A stretch of 64,000 bases of DNA from Ptychomitrium polyphyllum (Eukaryota): NCBI GenBank assembly GCA_973851085.1, contig OZ316776.1, forward strand, positions 8,928,001 to 8,992,000, given 5' to 3'. A model generated the notes under the pieces. It was not told the DNA's origin, made no database searches, and saw only the letters and a program-made list of their open reading frames with translations. A program made the position numbers and the translations under genes. Positions 1 to 12,400 of this stretch are shown one piece after another (position 1 is the first letter of the stretch; every line of letters starts with the position of its first letter).

Positions 1-519
1 GTTTAAAACTTAATTTACCTGAGCAAACAAGGATGGATAGAATAGCACATCCGATCCCAAAAATATTGGAGGGTGAAAGTACTCATCAACCACGTCCTAT
101 CTGCTACCCTTCTTACTGGCTAATACACACTAAGAAGAATGACAGCGCCTGGCAATGAGCCTGCATGGCATCCAAGGTAACAGGGAAGCTGGAGACTTCT
201 AAAGTTGAGGTGATCCACAATGGTGGTGGTGGTGGTCTTTGCCTAGTGTTGAGTGGAATGTACCGTAACCCACCCTGAATTCTCCGAATATTCTCGCATG
301 TCACGTGTCAGGTCATTGTATTCTCCATCCTAACTTGGTCATTTATATCTGCAGCAATTATATTGAAGTTCTGTGTTCCAGTATAGTACTTCCTGCACCA
401 AGCTCTTTCCTTCTGCTCCTGTGCTTCAGTTCAAACAAATTTGAAGTAAGTCCCACTGAAATCTGCTGAATTCGTTTGTCATCTGTTCTATACTTTCCTA
501 CTGCTCTAAATTTTGCTGA

Positions 520-1130
520 ATTAGCTGAAAGTAACTTCAATACTTCTCCAATTTAAGATCTAGCTGCAGGGTCTACTTGCCAACACCTACAAAGTAGCAA
601 ATCATGTGCCCGATTATCCACACACTCAGGCACGCATAGGTGTTGTCCACTAAAGGCATTATATGTTGTCACTGACTCATCCACATTGAACAAAAGCTTT
701 CATATTATACCTCATACCATGTAATTTCAAGACTATAAATGTCTGCCTCTTTGGCAAATAATGCAAGTCTGCTCCAAACAACCTCGTCTTCGTAAGCTTA
801 CAACATTGCAGGTGCAGTCTTAAATCCCTGTTCCAACAATTCCAATTTAACATTCAAAGTCGGCTACCAAATAATCATTATCTTCTTTATTTTTCTTGAA
901 TGCTTTGAAGTCCCTATGAGCAATGATGCAATTGTACAACCAGTTCACTCATTGTGGAATAGGGAACTTGATGTATTCGACATCATCTTTTTGAAATGGT
1001 CCATAATCTCGGCTGGTTTCAATGACACTACACAAGAATGTGCTCCTTGTGCTCCTTCACCAGATGAAATGCAAACTCATCAATATCCTACGAATTGCGT
1101 CAATTGTGTTCAACAATGGTTTAGGCTTCT
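520..1130 (-). pseudogene. Decayed Ser/Thr protein kinase (DFE-type) with stops and frameshifts
   Basis: Minus-strand translation gives kinase motifs in the right order: WLYNCIIAHRDFKA (catalytic loop, ~900-950), YLVADFEC*IGIVGTG (~826-873), a frameshifted FKTAPAML (APE-like), FAKEADIYSLEITWYEV (subdomain IX, ~710-760) and RCWQVDP/AAR..IGEVLKLL (subdomain XI, ~535-590). Boundaries are approximate. Confidence 0.7.
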
Positions 1131-2226
1131 CAAGCTTATAAAATTCCAATCTATAGATATGTATAGATTGGTACAATGTATAGATTAGTAATGATGAGGC
1201 TTACACATCTGCCTCAGTGCTAGTTGTGTAAGCCTTCGTGAGAACTCCTATATATGTGTGTAACTCTCATACGGGACAGGTCCTTGTGAACCAACACTTC
1301 AGATACGGGACAATCTGTGACGTTACGCCACTTGAGGCAGAGCAAGCCACCTTAGTACAGTAGTTAATGTAATCACTCAACACAACCAAATTATGAAACA
1401 GCTGATATCTATTTCCTATGATGTCGAAGGCCCTAGGTTCGTTCCCGGTAGCGGATAGCATATATTAGCGTTTAGAATCTTAAAGTATGACCTTTTTGGA
1501 CCGGATATTTGTGAATTATATTTTCTAATGAGAAAGCGATCATGGTAACACATGCTTTCCATTTCATACAATGTGATTTCCAAAATTGTTTAATACAAAC
1601 AGTGATGAAGTCCTTGACGATGTGCTCAAATTAGAAGCGCAGAGTTTGACTTACGCACGAGGATTCTGGAAGGTGGTCTGTTTTGTGATTGAGCTGTAAA
1701 GACAACCACGCTGAATAGTCTAGTTATGTCGCTTGCCCCCAGTGAGGGCCTGCTGTAATTACATACAGCTAGGCTCAAACCATCGCCCTACTACCAATGG
1801 AGCAGCCAGATTCTCAATATCTAAATTCCACCTCTTCTAACTATCTGTATTCTACTTCTTCTACCTGTATCCTACTCCTGTCTAAATTCCAACGATACAG
1901 CTGAATTCGCTCTACCTAGACTATACACAGAAGTATGCATCAATGTAAATAGAATATTCACAAACGCAAAATTTGTTTGTAATAAGATGAAGATACAGAA
2001 TAATTGTATACATAAGTGCAGTGTTCACTGGAAAATTCGCTGGAAAGTTTCTGGAACACAAAGCGCAATCTCCTTAATATCACAAGTGCGGCTTTGGGAT
2101 TTGCCGCTGCTGGTCAAGTAAATGCCCCGACTCAGTCCTTCGACGTAAATTACTGGATGCAGCCTAAGAAGATGAATGAACGTATTCCCTCCCGCATCAT
2201 ATACACGAACGCACCAATCCAGAAAA

Positions 2227-4203
2227 TCAGTCGTTCGACTCCGTAACAATCTGCTGCAACTCATTTCTTTGATCTGATGATGCCCTGGCAGAGCTAGATC
2301 TGATATGCTTACTTCCTCCCGATAACCATTGAATTGTCCTTCGAGCAAAAGTAGAATTATCAACGTCCGAAGGTGGAGTCGCATCGGCAGGAGGCCTTCC
2401 GCCAAAATCAAGTGCTGTCGGTCCCGTTGCACTTGGAAAGGGCTCAACAGCAAATATTTGAGCTCTGCCTTCCGAGGCTGATCTGTGCAATGAAAACGAG
2501 CCTCGTAAACCTCGGAAACTCCCTCTCTCTGTCCTGACTCGTTGGTCCCATGCACTTCCTGATTTCCGATGAGCTGCGTTCACTTGTTTCCCAGTTAGTG
2601 GCCCTGAACGGGGCTTCCCTGGCATTTGTCGTGTGTCAGGAGTTGTAGAGACATCTGGATTGTCAAAATTTACTGGTGCTGGAGTTTTTGGTGAGTGCGC
2701 ATGTGAAGCACGGTTAAAGTCTAAGGTTGTCCATTGCTCGCTGCTTGCCGATGACGATGCCTCTTCCTCTTTAGCTTCTGCACTGGGTATGACTTTGCCA
2801 GGGTCACCTATCTCTTGTAGCCCACGTTCATTTAGACTACCTAACCTGCCCAAGGAGGTATTCAAGGACGATCCAGTGGCACCATATCTTTGCGATCCAT
2901 ATTTAAACACCTCATTGTTGTAAAACTCCCCTGGCCCTGCAGCACCCGAAGAGCTTGTTCTTTGAAGCGAGAAGTTCACGCAGCTTAAACTTGACGTTCT
3001 TTGAGGGGCTTTCTCCACATCCACAGAGGACGCTGGATATCTAGCTGAAAGTGTAGCAAGTCTTTCCCGAACTTCAACCCCTCGAGCTGCTTGCCTTAAA
3101 GAATCCGAGTTTCGGAAAAGTGCCAACCTAGCACTGTTTCTCTCACTGTCTCTTCCAATAACTCGACCCACTTCACTGCTACTTCCTGTTTTTTCAAGAA
3201 CAGTACATTCTTAGATAATACAACCATCGTCTTTTGCCCAGATCACCAGAAACAATAGTAGGTTACTTTTTCTTTTTTCTTCCATTTTGCTCAACAGACA
3301 TCTACATTAGTAACCTGTGCCCTCAATAATGACGTCCTTTAAAAACTCAAATTACACCTACATTTCAAACGAGACATTATCCACAAAGAAAGTGCAAGAA
3401 ACAAAAAAAAGACGGAATCAATCAATGACGCCAGTTGGTGAATCGACGTATTATCATTCACGTAGTATTTTGAAGCTGATAATACCCTCGTTCGAGTTTT
3501 GGTTTTCAGACTCTATGAGGCAGATCAATAAAAATGAGATAGACGAAGGCTAACCTGAAAAATTACCAAGTTTAAGCTTATAGAGCATCATCAACTTACC
3601 TTCTAAAGCTTCATCCTCATGAAGGGGACTGTCTACATTAGGGGCCTGTCTTCCAGAACCAAATAACTCCTGCGCGACAAGTATACGCCTTGAAACCTCA
3701 CCGACCTCTGAGACGCCAGCACTGGTCTCTTCAAAAGTAGGCTTAAGACTTGTACGACATAAAGGACACGTTGCATGCGAGAGAAACCACACATCAATGC
3801 ATTCTGTGTGGAACACATGACTGCATTTCGGCAACAAACGCAAAGCCTCGCCCTCTGCAAACTTCTCCAGGCACACAGAGCACTCCAAGTCCTCTTTCCC
3901 CGCCTTCAGAGTCTTCACCACTGAAAAGCTCACCATTGGCAACGTATCTACAAGTGCTCTGTCCAGCCCCTCGCCTGGTCGATCAAAAAAATGAATAGAC
4001 CGATCTTCAGTTCCAGCTGGTGAAACTCGATTGTTGCTTTCATCGGTTCCTCGAGTGCACCTTCTAATGTACATTGAAAAAATAAACACCATGAGCAATG
4101 CACCAACGAGGACCACAATAATAATGGCCATACTGGGATTAAATTTATTGCTGGTGCTGAATGTGGGCGGCGGCACACCAGATGTACCATTGATTGAACT
4201 CAT
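2227..4203 (-). CDS. RING-H2 E3 ubiquitin ligase, ATL family, about 520 aa, 2 coding exons
   Basis: ATG at 4203; exons 4203-3600 and 3185-2227 (donor G|GTAAGT, acceptor CAG, frame consistent). Hydrophobic segment MAIIIVVLVGALLMVFIFSMYI, GLD motif (GLDRALVDTLP) and RING-H2 CSVC...CSHVFHTECIDVW...CPLCR, followed by a long Ser-rich tail. Confidence 0.9.
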
Positions 4204-5411
4204 TGTCGCTTGTGACTTAATTTCGGAAAAGCTACTGCGGTTTTTGGAAGAACACTCTTGCAAGCGCCTTCACAATGTCTTAGGCATTTTACGTCCGCGC
4301 AAATCCGTCAACTTCCCTCTTCTTCTTAACCTTTAGCGAAACAATTGTGCGGCCAGCCCACCTTGGGATGGCCGCTCCTCGATGAGACCAACGATGTCCA
4401 AAGCCTATTCGATCACAAGCACTCTAAGTGAGACATTTCTCAAACTGGAAGGGGTAAACAAATCTAACACAGAGCTTGAAGGAAATTTCATTAACGAGCT
4501 TACAGTCACAAACTCCTCAAACATCTCGCCATCGCATTGCCCGGTTCATGACCTCCAAAATGCCCGAAAACCTATTCATGACCTGGTCGAAGTCTGTGCA
4601 AGCACTTGACACCGTAAGAGCCACATAACAAGAGCTAACATGACAAAACCTTTTCTAATTTCGATGTCCCCTAACCAAGAACTCGATGTCTGGGAATAAA
4701 AAATATCCACGCTGTTGTTTCGTCACAAGCAAACAAGGTCGCCATTAAGCATGAAGTCCTGTAAACCTAATCTTTGTTCAGTTGATAAATACTTACACGA
4801 CCATAGTGAAACAAATGCCAAACAAAACACGTCAACTCAAGTAAAACCGAAACGTGAATCCCTGCTTCACATTTAAACGAGAGCTCGACTTTAAGGATGA
4901 CCTTAATCCTGACTATATTAACAAACCAGATCACACACCAAGTCGACACCGATCAACGCCAAGCTAACAACAATCACCACTTCCGCTTGCATCTCGTGAA
5001 ACACGACCCCAAGCAACAAAAAACGACACTCACAAGCACTCTCTCTACCAACCGATAGCCATCCAACGACGCGCAACAACCCCTACCAATAGCCACCTAA
5101 CTCAACCGCCCCCAAATTCACCAAAATCAAACCAAATCTACTAAATCCTCTCACGTCTCACCTCCATCTAGATTCACACTGCAATCTGTCTAGCCTCGCA
5201 TCCGTGTCGGAGAAAACCAGACGAACAAAGAGAACAAGGCTGTAAAACGCAGCTAGATGACTGCTGTATCGACGCACAGAGAGAGATGTGCTCCCTGCTT
5301 ACCACTGGAGCAAGAGGCATGACGCCGTCCTTGAGCACCAGGTTTGCAGCTGGTGCATGCAGCACGAAGCACACAGCTGCAATGCGCTAGAGAGCGGTGG
5401 ACCAGCAACAG

Positions 5412-5455
5412 CCCACAGCTCCCCCCTCTCCCATCCCCCCCCCCCCCCCCAACCC
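5412..5455 (-). repeat. C16 homopolymer with flanking C-tracts (G-rich on the minus strand)
   Basis: Plus-strand C runs at 5412-5414, 5421-5426, 5430-5432, 5435-5450 and 5453-5455. Confidence 0.8.
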
Positions 5456-8400
5456 ACAATTCGCTGAGATGCAGCTGCAGCGCAACCGACACCACAGCCT
5501 AGACAAAACATGAGACCGCATCCACCAAATACACACCTTGGACTGCGAGTGCGACGTGGGCACCGGTGCGACCAGGGCACTTGTGTCTGCGAGGGCGTGC
5601 CCTGCCTCAGAGGAAGCTCCTCGGGCAGGTGCAACAAGCGTGTACCGCAATATAGTCTAGACTTTCTAGCCCACTCTACTCTACTCTATTCTACTCCACT
5701 CCATGCATGTTCTCGACTCCTGCTCCCCGGCTGACTGAGTGCCCTTCCCAGCATGCAGTTTGACTTGCGCCTTCCCCATTCTGCTCCAGCCTTTCTTCCT
5801 CGTCTAGATTTTTTACCCGCGTCGTGGGCCTCCGGCAGCGGCAGTCTCGCAGCTGAAGGGCACGTTCGCCGTTCGGGATCGAACGATTGGCACCCGGGAT
5901 TGGCTACTGAGTCCAGGTTTAGGGAGTGGTTACTGTTTGTTAAAACTAGAGAGATCTGCGTGTTGGGATGTTTATAGAATAAGTTGTGCCTTTTTCTTTT
6001 CCGCACAGCATTCGGTGGATTTTAATGGAAACTGTTTGGTTTTGATTGGTTGTGATGTTCTGTTGTAGGTTATAAAGTGGAACATATTGAAACTAGGTTG
6101 AATCTCCAGTGGTGTGAAACTGTTTCAGCTAAACGACAGTGTTTGTGAAACTACGCTAAGTTGAAATGAATTGCACTATACTAGTTAGAGAATGTGTATG
6201 TATATTTAGAGAATCTATATAAAGGTGAGTTTAAAAGTTAGGTATATATGACTTTCTATTGTCAAATAAATCCTATAATATTGAGTGGAAAGCGCTTTGT
6301 AGATAATTCTATAGTATAGGGAAATCTTCACCTTAGGATAAGTTTTCAAAACTTAAGCACTAGATAGAGCCAATATGTTTAAAATATAAAAGTGAATGTT
6401 TTATAAACTTGTTTAAATTTTGACCCACTTTTTGTTAATCATGAGGTAGAAGGCTACCTTGTTTGTCCATCAATTTTGATACCTTAGTAATTTAAATATC
6501 CTTGTTGTCAAAGTTTTCACTTTTTATTTATTAATTATCATTGATATTACTAGAAAGACAATAAACAAGATTGGATTTGGTTAAGAAGAGAATAAATCTA
6601 AGCTTAAAAAATATTTAATTTGGTATAAATATCAAGCAAGTTATATCCAATTAAAAATAATTCTTCAACATAAAGTGAATTTTGTCTTAAAGAAAATGAC
6701 TTTGTAAAAGAAAGTTTGCAAAAATAATTTTGTTAAACTTGAATGAAGAAACTTTTTTGAACTTGTGGCCTTTATAAGAAGAAAATCCTAAAATGTAGTA
6801 TTAAAAATATTGGACCACCTTAAATTAGCATAAAACTAGCAAGGCGGCCATTACATCTTTAATATAATAGTATTTGATACAAGTTTGTATACATTTGTAA
6901 AAGTAAAAAAACAAAACATAGGTGATAAATAATAAATAACAAGTAATAACTAATAAACAATAAGTAATAAACATTAAACAATAAACAATAAATTAAAAAC
7001 GTTTTTAAAAAAATAGTAAATAATTAGAAACAAGTTTTATAAGTGCGGACAAACCAACAAAGAAATGAGCAGATAAACATGACCAGGCTATAGGGTTTCT
7101 TTTTGTATGTTGTATAGAAACCTAAAAGGACTTTGTTATTTTTAAAGGTTTATAGAAATGATAATATGTTGTATGCTTATATCCATGTCTTTTTTGAGTT
7201 TTTGATCCATGGCCACAAGGCTAAATTATAATTTAAATAGTATAAATCATAAGCTTGTAATTTTTTTATAATTAAAATCATTATATACCCCATTTGGAGA
7301 TATAATATTTGAATTCATTTAAAATGAATATTGAACATAGATGATGTTGGTTTGGATGCCTCAACATTGCTTATTCATTATAACATTCTTTAGTGGTTCA
7401 AGCATTCCACCCTCACTTTTGAGAAGTGAGAAATTACAATTGAATGATAGCCATGGATCTAGTTTGATGTTTAATGATTTGATGTGGAAACTCCCTCAAC
7501 CTTCAATGAAGCAAGGTTGTGATAAAGGAAATGTACCTTTGGATGATGGAATTGTGCAAAAGGTCTTTCAAATATGTTATGGTTGTTTTCACCTTTAACT
7601 AAATGGACAAAGAACTAAATTACATCCTTTCTGAGGTTTCCTGAATTCAGATATTACATACTTGACTCATAACTGTGCATACTAGGGAGGTCTTCACCAG
7701 ATGCCCTGTATGTACATGCTGTAATCCCTGGTATCTTTCAGAGGAAGACTGTGTTTTCAACATTGCACCAACTCTGTAGACCAGGATTGTCATGCAAATG
7801 CGGCTGTGTGACAGCCATTTCCCACCTAGCAGGTTAGGTGGTTGGAATTTTATGATTTTGACAGGCGTGATTGGCACTATGATGGGAAGAAGAAAAGTGG
7901 GCAACTTCACTACTAGAAGTCTAGAATGGTGAATCTTGTGACTTATGTTCACTTAACAATCCTTATGACTTAATTTTCTTCATTACACTAAATGATAAGT
8001 GGACCCTTCTCATATCACCAGGTAGGTTGCAGCTCCGAGCTTGAAATGTCAACTTTTCACTTTTCCTTTTAAGGGATGTGAAGTAGACTTTTAGGACCTA
8101 AGTTTCGTAGTACTGCACCGGAGGCGCTATATGGGGTGCCTTGAGAAGAATTTATGGTACTGGAGGTAAGCATGGCAACTTGAAAGTCATGACCTTATCC
8201 AGGACCATTACGCTGATTACAGAACCGTCATTAGGCAAATGATTCATTTGGAAGGATCTCACGGCTCAAAGAAAACAAAATATGCATCTGCACTACATAT
8301 CTAAGTAAACTGATCATGACTAATTTTATTGGGCCTTTTTTTCAAATTTTTTGGAAGACGTATTGTTATTAATTATTAACTGTTAGTATCTGAATCCAGT

Positions 8401-8699
8401 TTTTATAGGTCAAAAGAAAAAAGAAACACATTAAGAGAATTTTATTAGTTTGGCATTGGGTCTTCAAAACCCTGTATGATGATAAACAAAAAGAAGAAAG
8501 TTGAATGACGACATAGTTGTTGTAAATGACGTGGAGTGTACAGGTACTCTCCTTAACAAGATGTAAACCTCGCTTTACAAATTTAAGTTGAAAATACCAA
8601 TATTCATCACCACTATCAGTACAGATATCAATTGCTTAGGTTAACAGCACATATGAAGTCATATTTTATTACTGAATCGATGAAGAATGTTATGATCTC

Positions 8700-9390
8700 T
8701 TTCAAGTGGACAGAACTGCTTTGGTGTCAATAACTTTGACAGAGATGGCTTCCGCAAGATCAGTTGCAAGGGGCCAATCTAGCAGCCTTGATCACCATCT
8801 CTTGGAACTCACTCTCCGGATCACTGTCCGCCACGATTCCAGCTCCGGCCTCCAGATAGACAATCCATTCTCCGCAGGTGTTGGCCTGTTTGCACAAGTA
8901 CATTGCATCGTTTCTCGGCATTCTAAAGATTATTGTGCGCACAGCCAATGCAATGTCCATTAGGCCAAAGAAAGAGGCGCAGCCAATGCCACCTTTGTAA
9001 GGACCTCTCTGCCTTGGCTGTAGCTCATCAATCAGCTCCATTGCTCCCACCCTGGGATCCTCGTTGACAGTACCAAGTGCTGACTCTGCTTGCAGTGCAT
9101 CCCAGCTGGAGAGCTCCTCCAGTGATTCCCTTGTCATTGTGGAACTGATGTGCATCACATGTTTCTCAATACGCGCCTCCACCAGTTTCTTGACTCTCTC
9201 TGTACCTACCCTGAAACCTTTGCAACATCAATGTGACCTAGACTGAAAAGCATGACATGCTCCACATATTCCTTTTCATCTCCTAATAAATCCTGCTACA
9301 AAGCCGTGTCTTCTGGAGTCTGTGGTTTCCAACTGCTGTTGTATAATTGTACCGTTAGACCACTATTGCCTTAATCTCATACCGTCAATG
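8700..9390 (-). pseudogene. Anthranilate synthase alpha subunit (plant TrpE/ASA) C-terminal relic
   Basis: ORF 8760-9182 carries HVMHISST, AMELIDELQP..RGPYKGGIG, MDIALAVRTIIF and EAGAGIVADSDP. Upstream, frameshifted: TPEDTAL*QDLLGDEKEYVEHVML..LGHIDVAKVS. In-frame stop, frameshifts and no N-terminal domain. Confidence 0.88.
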
Positions 9391-9429
9391 GTGTGATCTT
9401 TGCATTCATGAAATACATGCTGGTTAGGG

Positions 9430-12400
9430 CAGCATTATAGTTCTTGGTGATCTAAAGAGCAACTAAAGTGACATATACTGATGAGTAGTTATTCAAGAAC
9501 CAGGCTGCGGCCAAGGGTCGTTGCACCACAATCATCGCAAATGCCAGCATAGATTAGCAGAGTTTGCCAAGTTCAACACTCCCCCTCACACTTTGCTTCG
9601 TTACATGAGTATGCTAAATTTACTTCAACCATTAGCCTTGTCAGGATATCAACGAGCTCATGGATGCGTGAAAATTCAGATCGAGTCTCATTGTGGGATT
9701 CGCTGATTATCTTTCTCCTGTCATTACTTCTCTATGCAAAGGAATTCAAAGATTTCGTCATAGAAGATGTAGCAAATCATGAAAATAGGGTTTTCACTGA
9801 ACTCAGTCTTTTTGGGAGTTTTGGACCACCAAATTCATGAGGTGAACATCTCATCCAAATAACATTTTGGTTTTAAATTTAAGTAATAATTGTTGTTTGA
9901 CTATTGACGGTGATGCCCTAAAATTGGAGCCATAATTTCATTGAGATGGATACATCATCCCATAAATTTGAGAGACTAAAATTCTTTGAAAAGTCTAGAT
10001 TTTCTGAAATTTCCTTTTTACAGAATTCATCAAGTGTTTTTCTTTTCTCTCGCTTGATGATCAGCTTTACTAGTTGAGTCTGGAGCAGACTTCTGCAAGA
10101 CTTGGTGTAATTTCCCTTGTGTCGAGCAGTCCCTTCATGTCACATACTCTCCCTGTAGCAGCTCAGTCAACAATAATCCCAGGTCTTGGCAACAACATTA
10201 TGCAGGATAACTTATGGTGTGGTCTCGACTCACCGCCATCAACCTCCCCCATTCACCAACTCCGTCGTGTAAGTAGGTTTGGAGAGAATTTTGGAAGCCA
10301 CTCTCGAATGGACTACACTTGAATTCATTAGGCTGGACACTTCGACCTATCATGAGTTCGCAACAAGATTGCCGCTACCTCGCGGAGGCCTAGTCAGGTG
10401 AGAGCCAAGATAACAGCAATTTATATTTGAAGCAGGAAATCTCTGGGTAGTTCTAAAGTGAACCACAACTTCCAATTAGTAACCTAGTATGGTATATTCA
10501 GTCTACCAGTACTCAGAACCACACTACTGATGTAGACTATTGTGTTCATGTAGCCATATATATGGCTTAGAGCTTCAACTATTGAAAAAAGTAGAGTTTC
10601 GTTCTTCAAGACTGCTAATTTCTTCAAACTTGTTCTTGCTCTTGGCCTTGGCATACACGTCTGTTGATTGTTAATTTGTTGCACAAACTGCAGTTCAATA
10701 CGTCCCCTCTTAATACATTGCTTCATTCGTGGCAGCAACAATTACATAGTAGTCCGCTTCAATGATTGACTGAGCAACTTCGTCTTGCAGGCGACTGCTG
10801 TAAGATGTGGGAGCACTGCCAGGAGAGAAAACATAGCCTAGGGTCGACTTTTGCTGATCAAGATCCTGAGCACACTCACTACCCGAAGAACCAGACGCTT
10901 CTATACTCTCCCCATTTCGGAGGCGTTTCCCAGGGGAACAATGCCTTCGAGTGACAAAAGATAAGTTAGGAAGTCTGGGATGAAGAACTTGGGAACAGGT
11001 CATACAAAAGTTACTACATAGGCAATGTCAGGGTGTGAGTTAAGCAAGTGGAGGAGTGTGCCGAGAACTATCTGATCCGGTAGCATCCATCATGAGAGCT
11101 TTCATATCGGCTCTAAGGCGAGGACCAAGGTGCATTGGAACAGAAGTACGAATGCTACAATCAACCATACCAATTTCTTATACAGGCTTCAAGATTAATA
11201 TCAATGGGTCATGAAGATTCCAGAGGGTAAGGAGTAAAATCTGACACCCAAATATAATGACATTGGTCCCAAGAGAGTCATGTAGAACTCAGCATACAAG
11301 AATTTGTCCCGAGAGGAAATTACCGAGAAGAGAAACATCCGAAGATCAAAATATCATTGACATAAACAGGGACGAGGACCGTCGTGAAGAACATACATGC
11401 TCGGGTCTGCAAAGGTGACTGTGAAACCAGATTGGGTGAGGACGGAATCAATATGCTGGTGCCAAGTACCAAGAGACTGCCAAAGTTCGTACAACGACTT
11501 GTGCAGTTTACAAAAAATTCGCTCATGACCAGGCTTGACAAAATGACCAAGTTGATTGATATAGACTTCTTGGATAAATCCAGTTCAGAAACGCAGACTT
11601 ATGATGCATGAGAATGACAGCACTTTTGCTGAGCAGCAAAAGAAATGACATTCCACGAAGTCTGCCAACAAACAACAGGTGCAAAGGTTTCAAAGAAATT
11701 CACACCTTCAACCTGACAGTTACTACATTAGATTTCATGGTCACCACCAACAGCATGCCTAAAAGCTACACCCCCATTTTCTCCGGTTAGCAACTGCCAT
11801 GGCACAGGAGATTGATCTGTGCAATTAGTATTAGGTTATGACAATGGAAATAGAAATGGAGATGAAGGACCTGTAACGGCTGATCACACTCTCGTTAACT
11901 GAAAGCCGCTATCTCATGAAAATGTTGGAGTTGTTTTGATTTAGAGTATGTCAATGACTTCGAGCGGCTTGAGCGGAGAATGACGTGGGAGAATAATTGG
12001 TCCTAGAACCGGATCCGAGACTTTGATGGCCATCGAATGGTCTCTGATATCTTCCAAAGCCCCAGCAGGTTCACCTCTCAAGGATGAACTGTGCTTAAAA
12101 CAGGGCTCGTTAAAGTTTACATCACCACTAATTGTAATTTTTTGAGTAGTTGGATTGCCCTTTGCTCTCTTCAAAGTAACTCGCCTACAAGCATTCTTGG
12201 CTTTAGAAATCTAATTTTGTGCGAGGAGCATCAGGCTCCTGAACCCCCGCAACACAACCAGAAATTCAAAGATGACTTGTGTTAGGAGGTATTTGTACAG
12301 TAGCTGATAGGGAGTTCTCCCCAAAGTTGGCAAATTTTAGTGTTGTAGTTAGTAGTGGTCACTACTTCACTTTAAAGCTTCCGCAGCAACTCTGCATCAA

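Noticed and set aside
1197..1235. 11-bp inverted repeat AGGCTTACACA/TGTGTAAGCCT
   Set aside because: Short and isolated; no context suggesting function.
1415..1460. GGTTCGTTCCC tRNA T-loop/B-box-like motif
   Set aside because: No consistent T-stem, acceptor stem or A-box; I cannot fold a cloverleaf.
5174..6006. Multiple overlapping ORFs upstream of the ATL gene
   Set aside because: Explained by GC-rich low-complexity leader/promoter sequence; no motifs.
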